A stretch of DNA of 15,371 bases from Deltaproteobacteria bacterium (GCA_026996955.1 JALWJV010000229.1:1-15371); one strand, 5' to 3'; shown: positions 7,558 through 14,522, counted from the stretch's first letter. Notes: generated by a model not told the origin, from the sequence alone. A program made the numbers and translations.

Positions 7558-10194
7558 ATGAAAAACTTAAAAGGTTCTGAAATACGAAAGCTGTTTCTTG
7601 ATTACTTTGAAAGCAAGGGGCATCAGGTAGTTTCAAGCTCCTCTCTTGTACCGGCTGATGATCCCTCCCTCCTGTTTACCAATGCCGGAATGGTACAGTT
7701 CAAGAAGGTGTTTCTTGGGGAGGAGACAAGGCCCTACAAACGTGCTGCCACAAGCCAGAAGTGTGTAAGGGCAGGGGGTAAGCACAATGATCTTGAAAAT
7801 GTCGGATACACAGCCAGGCATCACACATTTTTCGAGATGCTTGGTAACTTCTCCTTTGGGGACTATTTCAAGAGGGAGGCAATTGCATTTGCCTGGGAAT
7901 TTTTGACAGAGGTACTTGAGCTTCCCAAGGAGAGGCTCTGGGCAACTGTTTTTGAAGATGATGACGAGGCCGCAGCCATGTGGCCTGAGATCACAGGGAT
8001 TTCTCCTGACCGTGTGGTTCGTCTGGGTGAGGAGGATAATTTCTGGGCAATGGGTGATACCGGGCCGTGCGGGCCCTGCTCGGAGATACTTATTGACCAG
8101 GGAGAGGATATAGGCTGCGGAAGACCTGAGTGCCGTGTGGGCTGCGACTGTGACCGGTACCTTGAAATCTGGAACCTGGTATTCATGCAGTTTTTCAGGG
8201 ATGAGAGTGGCCGCATGTCAAGTCTTCCTGACCCATGCATTGATACCGGTATGGGGCTTGAGCGTATTGCAGCAGTGTGCCAGGGAAAGTTCAACAACTT
8301 TGACACCGACATATTTGCAGCGATAATGAATCACCTCCAGAAACTCTCGGGGCTTGAATATGGCAAGGGGGCAGGCACAGACATTGCCATGCGGGTTATT
8401 GCAGACCATGCAAGGGCATCGGCATTTCTGATAGCAGACGGCGTAATCCCTTCAAATGAGGGCCGGGGCTATGTTCTCAGGCGGATAATCAGGAGGGCAG
8501 TACGTTACGGTCGGGTTCTGGGGCTTACAGATGCCTTTATGGCATCAGTTGCCGGTGTTGTCTGTGATGACATGGGTGACATCTATCCTGAACTTGATAA
8601 ATCCAGGGATTTCATGTCCAGGGTGCTTGAAAATGAAGAAACCCGGTTTGCAGAAACACTTGAAACAGGCCTCAGGATACTTGATGAACGAATCCAGGAG
8701 CTCAAGGAGAAGAATGAAAAACAACTGCCTGGAGATTTTGTTTTCAAGCTCTACGATACTTACGGCCTGCCTGTAGATATTGTGCAGGATGTTGTAAAGG
8801 AGCAGGGGGCAGATTTTGACCGAGAAGGTTACAGAAGAGCACGAGAGGAGCAGAGAAGGCGTTCAAAGAGTGCGCACCGAGATGCAGTAACTGAAAAACT
8901 TCCTGATATTTACCGGGAGCTTCTGGCAAAGGGCAAGGGAGTAGATTTTTCAGGATACGAAACCCTTGCCTGTGACTCCACAATACTTGCCCTGGTTTCA
9001 GGACAGGAGGCCCTTGATGCTGTGGAAAGCGGCTGGGAGGGTGAGCTTGTTGTGGAGACCACGCCTTTTTATGCAGAATCAGGCGGGCAGCAGGGGGATA
9101 CAGGTATCATAAAATCAGACGCAGGCAGCGCAGAGGTGCTTGATACTGTCAAACGTGGGGATCTTATTGTACACAAGGTCAGGGTGATAAGCGGAACGCT
9201 TCGGGCAGGCGACGCTGTCCATCTTGCAGTGACCGAGGGCAGGCGAATGGACATTGCACGAAACCATACAGCAACCCACCTGCTTCATGCAGCCCTTCGC
9301 CAGGTCCTTGGTGATCATGTCAAGCAGTCCGGCTCCCTTGTGGCGCCTGATCATCTGCGCTTTGACTTTACCCACTTCTCAGGGGTGTCCACTGTGGAAC
9401 TCCAAAAGGTTGAAGACATTGTAAATGAAAAAATCAGGGCAGATCTCCCGGTGGATACAGAGGTCATGTCCCAGGAAGAGGCAATAAGCCGTGGTGCCAT
9501 GGCGCTGTTTGGCGAAAAATATGGTGATACCGTGCGGGTTGTGAACATACCGGAGTTCAGCATGGAGCTTTGCGGCGGCACTCACCTTGAGAGGACAGGA
9601 CAGGCAGGATTTTTCAAGATAACATCAGAGTCAAGTGTATCAGCAGGGCTTAGAAGGATTGAGGCATGTACCGGTAGCACTGCAGTAAACCTTGTGCATC
9701 AGATGGAAAACACTATTTCAGACATGGCATCAACGCTGAAATGCCCTGTTACCGCAGTAAAAGAAAAGGTGGAATCCCTGTCTGCACGTGTAAAGCAGTT
9801 GGAAAAGGATCTGCAAAAGGCCCTGGCTTCAAAGGCTGCCGCAGGGATTGATGATATACTTGAAAACGCAAGACAGGTTAATGGTATTACTGCAATTGCT
9901 GAAGTGGTTGATGTCCCTGACGCAAAGGCACTTCGGGAAGCTGGGGACAGGATAAGGGACAGGCTCAAGTCAGGTGTGGTGGTGCTCGGTGCTGAAAATA
10001 ACGGCAAGGCCCTGCTCTTGTGTGTTGTTACCAAGGATCTTGCTGGAAAAACCTGCCACGCCGGAAAGATAATCAAGGAAGTGGCCTCAGTTGTAGGCGG
10101 AGGCGGTGGAGGCCGCCCTGACATGTCACAGGCAGGTGGAAGCCGTCCGGAAAAGCTTGAGGAGGCTGTAAAGAAGCTCTATGAGCTCCTCTAG
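7558..10194 (+). CDS. alaS: Alanine--tRNA ligase
   Basis: Class II catalytic core (FTNAGMVQFK, RHHTFFEMLGNFSFGDYFK), editing-domain HxxxH motif (HTATHLLH...CGGTH) and C-terminal DHHA1-like GGGGGGRPDMSQAGG. The ORF track opens at TTG 7543. ATG 7558 (MKNLKGSEIRKLF) matches the usual AlaS N-terminus better. No clear Shine-Dalgarno sequence precedes either start. Confidence 0.96.
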   Translation: MKNLKGSEIRKLFLDYFESKGHQVVSSSSLVPADDPSLLFTNAGMVQFKKVFLGEETRPYKRAATSQKCVRAGGKHNDLENVGYTARHHTFFEMLGNFSFGDYFKREAIAFAWEFLTEVLELPKERLWATVFEDDDEAAAMWPEITGISPDRVVRLGEEDNFWAMGDTGPCGPCSEILIDQGEDIGCGRPECRVGCDCDRYLEIWNLVFMQFFRDESGRMSSLPDPCIDTGMGLERIAAVCQGKFNNFDTDIFAAIMNHLQKLSGLEYGKGAGTDIAMRVIADHARASAFLIADGVIPSNEGRGYVLRRIIRRAVRYGRVLGLTDAFMASVAGVVCDDMGDIYPELDKSRDFMSRVLENEETRFAETLETGLRILDERIQELKEKNEKQLPGDFVFKLYDTYGLPVDIVQDVVKEQGADFDREGYRRAREEQRRRSKSAHRDAVTEKLPDIYRELLAKGKGVDFSGYETLACDSTILALVSGQEALDAVESGWEGELVVETTPFYAESGGQQGDTGIIKSDAGSAEVLDTVKRGDLIVHKVRVISGTLRAGDAVHLAVTEGRRMDIARNHTATHLLHAALRQVLGDHVKQSGSLVAPDHLRFDFTHFSGVSTVELQKVEDIVNEKIRADLPVDTEVMSQEEAISRGAMALFGEKYGDTVRVVNIPEFSMELCGGTHLERTGQAGFFKITSESSVSAGLRRIEACTGSTAVNLVHQMENTISDMASTLKCPVTAVKEKVESLSARVKQLEKDLQKALASKAAAGIDDILENARQVNGITAIAEVVDVPDAKALREAGDRIRDRLKSGVVVLGAENNGKALLLCVVTKDLAGKTCHAGKIIKEVASVVGGGGGGRPDMSQAGGSRPEKLEEAVKKLYELL

Positions 10195-10225
10195 TATCTT
10201 CTTTTGAATAATGAAGGTTAGATTA

Positions 10226-10307
10226 ATGCTCAAGGTATGATGCTCAAAGATAATGGTAGAGAAAATCATGCTTTTTTACTTTGGGCCTTGAGCTTTCATT
10301 TTGAGCT
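10226..10307. promoter_or_regulatory. Four copies of the hexamer GCTCAA/TTGAGC (two direct, then two inverted) upstream of the stressosome-type operon
   Basis: atGCTCAAgg at 10226-10235, atGCTCAAag at 10240-10249, ccTTGAGCt at 10286-10294 and TTGAGCt at 10301-10307. Spacing within each pair is 13-14 nt. The cluster ends about 40 nt before the ATG at 10346. Its function is unknown. Confidence 0.3.
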
Positions 10308-10345
10308 GTTTTTACATTACAAATGAATAAAAGGAGGGCTGTAAC

Positions 10346-11227
10346 ATGAACGAACTGAAGGACTACCAGAGTGACGAGGGCTTCCTGTTTGAAATCGTAA
10401 ATGCGGTTCCTTCAGGGATATTTGTTACAGACCTTGAGCACAACATCCTCATAATCAACAAGGCTGCCGCAGATATGGTGGGCCTTACGCCGGGTCAGTG
10501 TTTTGACCGCAAGTGTTATGAAATATTCAATACCAGCATGTGCGGCACTGACCAGTGCACATGCAGGGTGGCTATTGACAACAACCGGGTCAACCAGGGC
10601 CAGACCACGCTTCATGCTGAAAATGGCGAGGTGATAATAGAGTATGCAAGCCGTCCGTTAAGGAATCATGCCGGTGAAATAATAGGTTGCGTGGAACATT
10701 TTATTGATGTCTCTGCACGGGTCGCCCAGGAGGAGGCCATACTCCAGCAGCAGCGTGACCTGCTCAAGAAAAGAGAGGAGGACATACGGCATCTCCAGGA
10801 AGAGATACTTGAGCTCTCCACCCCGGTTGTAGAGGTGTGGGAAGGGGTGCTTGCGCTTCCTCTGATTGGCACCCTTGACAGTCACCGGGCAAGGAGCGCA
10901 ATGGAGCTCCTTCTGAATGAAATCGAGAAGACCCGTTCTCCCTATGTAATTATTGATATTACAGGTGTGCCAACGGTTGATACCGAGGTTGCAAACCATC
11001 TGCTTCAGACGGTTGATGCCGTGCGTCTCATGGGCAGTGAGGCTATCCTTACAGGTGTTTCAACCCATATCGCACTTACCATGGCCCATCTTGGTGTGGA
11101 ACTTGGCACAATAAAGGTGAGGAGCCGCATGGCAGACGCTCTTCATTTTGTGATCAGAAAGATGCATAAACGCCGTCAGGATACCCCGCTTACTGAGCTT
11201 ATACTGCAGGACGGCATGAAAAAATAA
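10346..11227 (+). CDS. RsbR-like stressosome sensor: N-terminal Cys-rich PAS domain, helical linker, C-terminal STAS domain
   Basis: 293 aa with GGAGG at 10333-10337, 8 nt upstream. PAS-like N-terminus (VPSGIFVTDLEHNILIINKAAADMVGL...GEIIGCVEHFIDVS). The RsbR-type STAS signature reads ELSTPVVEVWEGVLALPLIGTLDSHRA...IIDITGVPTVDTEVA...ILTGVSTHIALT. Thr213 and Thr245 lie at the positions of the B. subtilis RsbRA phosphosites. Confidence 0.85.
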   Translation: MNELKDYQSDEGFLFEIVNAVPSGIFVTDLEHNILIINKAAADMVGLTPGQCFDRKCYEIFNTSMCGTDQCTCRVAIDNNRVNQGQTTLHAENGEVIIEYASRPLRNHAGEIIGCVEHFIDVSARVAQEEAILQQQRDLLKKREEDIRHLQEEILELSTPVVEVWEGVLALPLIGTLDSHRARSAMELLLNEIEKTRSPYVIIDITGVPTVDTEVANHLLQTVDAVRLMGSEAILTGVSTHIALTMAHLGVELGTIKVRSRMADALHFVIRKMHKRRQDTPLTELILQDGMKK

Positions 11228-11293
11228 GAGCATCTTTAACTGTGTCATCCATTTACTTGCGCAAACCATGCCCCTGAAACCTGAAACGTACAG

Positions 11294-11710
11294 ATGACGC
11301 CCTTTTCCATATTCCCCATGCAGGATGTAATTATGGTCTCAATCCAGGAGGAGATTGATGACACCCATATTGCATCCCTGGTAAAGGCACTGAGCAGGCG
11401 GGTAAGGGAGACCCATGTACGCTTTGTAATCATTGATCTTCACGATGTTGAGGCAGTGGACACATTTCTTGCTGGAGAGATAGAAAAACTGGCCTCAATG
11501 CTGAATCTCCTCAGGGCATCAACCATTGTGGTGGGACTTTCTGTTCCTGCAGTCCTTACCCTGCTTGATTTTGGCATTCGTTTAAGGGGGGTGGAGTTTG
11601 CCCTGGATGTTGCCCAGGCACTTGAGAGAATCACTTCAGGTGCTGGAACAGACATGCCATACCCTGATGAGTTGGCCAGCATTACAGACAATCCACAGGG
11701 CGAAGGGTAG
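11294..11710 (+). CDS. RsbS-like single-domain STAS protein (stressosome scaffold)
   Basis: 138 aa. DVIMVSIQEEIDD...VRFVIIDLHDVEAVDTFLAGE...STIVVGLSVPAVLTLLDFGI is collinear with RsbS. Thr57 (codon 11462-11464) is at the position of the RsbS Ser59 phosphoacceptor. Confidence 0.85.
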   Translation: MTPFSIFPMQDVIMVSIQEEIDDTHIASLVKALSRRVRETHVRFVIIDLHDVEAVDTFLAGEIEKLASMLNLLRASTIVVGLSVPAVLTLLDFGIRLRGVEFALDVAQALERITSGAGTDMPYPDELASITDNPQGEG

Positions 11711-11716
11711 TCACAG

Positions 11717-12127
11717 GTGTTTACTGACAGAAGCCGGTACTGTGCCCCGGTAAGTCCAGGCACAGGGATAGTGCCTGCCAGGATCATGGCGCGCTCCCTT
11801 CTGAAACGCCTGAACATTAATGAGCCAGCAAGGGCAGAGGTGCTGCTGCTTGTAAACGAACTTGCTACAAACATCATAAGGCATGGACTGGAGGGTGAAC
11901 TCTGTATCTTCCCGGTAACTGCAGAGGGCTATACAGGTTTTCTCATAAGGGCAACTGACCGGGGACCTGGCATCAAGGATCTTGAAACTGCGCTTAAACC
12001 AGGCATTTCACAGGACAATGGCCTGGGCCTGGGACTATCAGCCATAAAACGCATTGCAGACGATGTGAGGATATCAAGCATGATTGAGGGGGGAACACAG
12101 GTGGAGGTCTGGAAATGGCTGAGCTGA
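11717..12127 (+). CDS. RsbT-like GHKL serine/threonine kinase (stressosome switch kinase)
   Basis: 136 aa with a GTG start 6 nt after the previous stop. N-box NELATNIIRHG, G1 DRGPGI, G2 NGLGLGLS and C-terminal GTQVEVWKWL all match the RsbT/RsbW-type HATPase_c_2 pattern. Confidence 0.85.
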   Translation: MFTDRSRYCAPVSPGTGIVPARIMARSLLKRLNINEPARAEVLLLVNELATNIIRHGLEGELCIFPVTAEGYTGFLIRATDRGPGIKDLETALKPGISQDNGLGLGLSAIKRIADDVRISSMIEGGTQVEVWKWLS

Positions 12128-13182
12128 GCATGCAGCCAGTATGGAAGGAGCTTCCAGTGGCCTCCTCTGCTGATGTCCCCATCATAAGGCGGGCTGTTGG
12201 TAATATAGCGCTTAATTTGGGCTTTTCAGAAAAGAGACAGGCAGAGGTGGTGCTTGCGGCAAGTGAACTTGCCCAGAATCACGTAAATTTCAACACTGTC
12301 AAGGGACGAATCCTGATCTCCGGCCTGTTTTCAGGAAAAACCTCCTTCATTACCATATTTTCCACAGATCATGGCCCCGGCATTAATAATCTTCCCCAGG
12401 CACTTGAAGATGGCATTACCACAGGAAACAGCTATGGGAACGGGCTTGGCACGGTGCGCCGCCTGGCAGATGATTTTTCAATATGTTCAGGCTCTGCTGG
12501 CTCCATGGCCTGTTTCCCTGAACTGCTCTCCCCTGAAGGCACCGGAACCATTGTAGCCGCCTCATTTTCAAGTGACAGCTCTGTCCTTTCGCCGAAAATT
12601 ACTGTCTCTGCCCTTGCCTGCCCAAAGAGGGGAGAGCTCTTTTGCGGGGATGGAATTTACATGGAACAGAGCGGGGATACCTTGCTGATTGTGCTCGCAG
12701 ATGTTCTGGGTCATGGAAAGGAGGCAGCAGAATCTATTGAAACGCTCTGGGACATCCTTGAACTCCTTGATCCGTCTGCTGAACTTTCAAACACCGTGTG
12801 TACCCTTGACAGGGGCCTTGCCGGAAAACGCGGCATGGCATGTCTGTTCATGCGGATTGATCTTGCCAGCGGCATGCTGCAGGCATGCAGCGTGGGAAAC
12901 ATCCGTGCATGCCTTCATGACGGAACCAGGCAGTTTGCAATTGCATCGCTCCCCGGGGTCATTGGCCAGAAGATAAACTGCCGGAAGGTTATGGTGCAGG
13001 AGGTTTTGCTTGCAAGCGGGACAACCTGCCTGATCTTTTCTGACGGCATTGATTCCTCAGCCTTTGCCGCAAGGATAAGAAACAGTATGCATCCTTTGTT
13101 CCAGACATATCTTGCATTTAAGACAGCCCTGTCCCCCTGGGATGATGCGTCGATAATAGCGTGGAGATGGCAGAAACCATAA
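12115..13182 (+). CDS. Fusion protein: RsbT-like kinase domain (N-terminal) plus PP2C/SpoIIE-family phosphatase (C-terminal, RsbX-like)
   Basis: 355 aa. GGAGG at 12103-12107 lies 7 nt before the ATG, and the ORF overlaps the upstream gene by 13 nt. The N-terminal half has an intact N-box (ASELAQNHVNF), DHGPGI and GNGLGTVRRLADDF. After a Ser-rich linker, the C-terminal half has PP2C metal-site motifs (CGDGIY, LIVLADVLGHGKEAA, LIFSDGI, DDASIIAW). Confidence 0.8.
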   Translation: MAELSMQPVWKELPVASSADVPIIRRAVGNIALNLGFSEKRQAEVVLAASELAQNHVNFNTVKGRILISGLFSGKTSFITIFSTDHGPGINNLPQALEDGITTGNSYGNGLGTVRRLADDFSICSGSAGSMACFPELLSPEGTGTIVAASFSSDSSVLSPKITVSALACPKRGELFCGDGIYMEQSGDTLLIVLADVLGHGKEAAESIETLWDILELLDPSAELSNTVCTLDRGLAGKRGMACLFMRIDLASGMLQACSVGNIRACLHDGTRQFAIASLPGVIGQKINCRKVMVQEVLLASGTTCLIFSDGIDSSAFAARIRNSMHPLFQTYLAFKTALSPWDDASIIAWRWQKP

Positions 13183-14507
13183 CAAAAAGAGTACACATCC
13201 TCACCCTGGTTATTAAAAACCGAAGGGATATTCCCCTGGTGCGCGGAAAGGCCAAGCATCTTGTAAGGCTCTGCAGCATGAGCAGGGTGGACCGGGCAAG
13301 GGTGGCAGTGTCTGCATCTGAGATGGCGCGATACCTGCTGGAACACACATCCGGGGGCTCTGTATCGTTTCTTCTGGTTTGCTGCAATCCGGCATGCGCC
13401 ACAGACAGGGATGATTCCTGTGCAGGGATCCTGCTGAAATTCAAGGGGAACCACGTTTTCAAAAAAGATGATATGAAAAATCAGGGTGCAATGGCTCCAA
13501 ACCTCTATGCCTTTCCCCCAATGGAGACAAGAAGGCCATTTGATGGCATTGGTAAGGCAATGGACAGCCTTAAAATCATCAAAAACGGCATAAGGGAACC
13601 CCTGGAGCTTGATATAATCAAGTGGGGGGTGAAAAAAACATGGGAAGAGCTTGTTGCATCAAACGAATTCTTAAGAAAAAAGCTCTTTCGTAACGCTGAA
13701 GAATCGTTCATAGCAAACCTCAGGGCAAAACATGATGAGGTGCTGAAGCTTCTTGATGAGCTTTCGCAAAAAAACAGGGAGCTTGACCGTGCCAACAAGG
13801 AGCTCATGCAGCTCAGCAATGACCTGGAAATCCTCACCCATGAACGGACAATGTCAGAGATCGCCCTGAAGGTGGCAGACCGCATAAGAAATCCTGCTAC
13901 GGCAATTGGTGGCCTGACCCTTGTCCTACTAAAAAAAGCACCGAAAGACAAATGGTTACAGGAAAAACTTGAGGCAATTTTTCATGAGGCAAAACGCCTT
14001 GAGAAAATTGTAAAGGACTTTGATTCCCTTGCTGCTGCCAAGTCCAAGAGTTTTGAAAAGGTGGACCTGAGGGAGATTGTAAAGACGGTCCTCGAGACCC
14101 TCTCCACCAATTTTCAGCAAAGGGATATAAAGGTAAATGAAAAATTTATAGATGAGCCGGTAATTGCCCTTGTAAACCGCCAGACCATCAAGGTGGCATT
14201 GCTCCACATACTGAGAAATGCCATTGAGGCATCACCAAATGGAGGCATCATAGACGTTACGGTCTGGAGGCGTGATGGCAAGCCGTTCATATCTGTGAGA
14301 GATTATGGACCTGGAATTTCACAGGACATCCAGGAAAAACTGTTTAAGAAGACTGTTACCACAAAGGCAACCGGAACAGGCATGGGACTGATGACAGTCA
14401 AGCAGATAATGGATGAACACAAGGGCAAGATAGAGATAAAGAGCGGAAGGGAACCCGGTCAGGGTACAGAGGCCATCATGTTCTTTCCTGTGCGCTGGAG
14501 CGAATAG
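13161..14507 (+). CDS. Histidine-kinase-like protein: degenerate RsbT-like N-terminal domain, coiled coil, DHp helix with Asp in place of the phosphoacceptor His, and an intact HATPase_c domain
   Basis: 448 aa, overlapping the upstream gene by 22 nt. The start may be GTG 13161 or ATG 13167. Residues 1-155 align to the RsbT pattern but lack ATP-binding motifs. Residues 165-230 are heptad-rich (LRAKHDEVLKLLDELSQKNRELDRANKELMQLSNDLEIL). The H-box reads VADRIRNPATAIGG. The catalytic domain has the N box HILRNAIEAS, G1 DYGPGI, F LFKK and G2 GTGMGL. Confidence 0.8.
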   Translation: MEMAETITKRVHILTLVIKNRRDIPLVRGKAKHLVRLCSMSRVDRARVAVSASEMARYLLEHTSGGSVSFLLVCCNPACATDRDDSCAGILLKFKGNHVFKKDDMKNQGAMAPNLYAFPPMETRRPFDGIGKAMDSLKIIKNGIREPLELDIIKWGVKKTWEELVASNEFLRKKLFRNAEESFIANLRAKHDEVLKLLDELSQKNRELDRANKELMQLSNDLEILTHERTMSEIALKVADRIRNPATAIGGLTLVLLKKAPKDKWLQEKLEAIFHEAKRLEKIVKDFDSLAAAKSKSFEKVDLREIVKTVLETLSTNFQQRDIKVNEKFIDEPVIALVNRQTIKVALLHILRNAIEASPNGGIIDVTVWRRDGKPFISVRDYGPGISQDIQEKLFKKTVTTKATGTGMGLMTVKQIMDEHKGKIEIKSGREPGQGTEAIMFFPVRWSE

Positions 14508-14522
14508 GGGCGGCTGGCAATA

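Noticed and set aside
10234-10277. Possible intrinsic terminator after alaS (ggtatgat ... atcatgct followed by a T run)
   Set aside because: The stem is AU-rich with two G-U pairs and the loop is 23 nt, which is far from a canonical terminator. The region is better described by the hexamer repeats.
2090-13951. Many long antisense or out-of-frame ORFs within the annotated genes (for example 2608-3042 minus, 5174-5833 minus, 6196-6633 minus, 7863-8312 minus, 9699-10124 minus, 12915-13454 minus, 13505-13951 minus)
   Set aside because: Each overlaps a gene whose protein is confidently recognisable on the other strand or frame. Their translations are Ser/Arg/Leu-rich, as expected of shadow ORFs.
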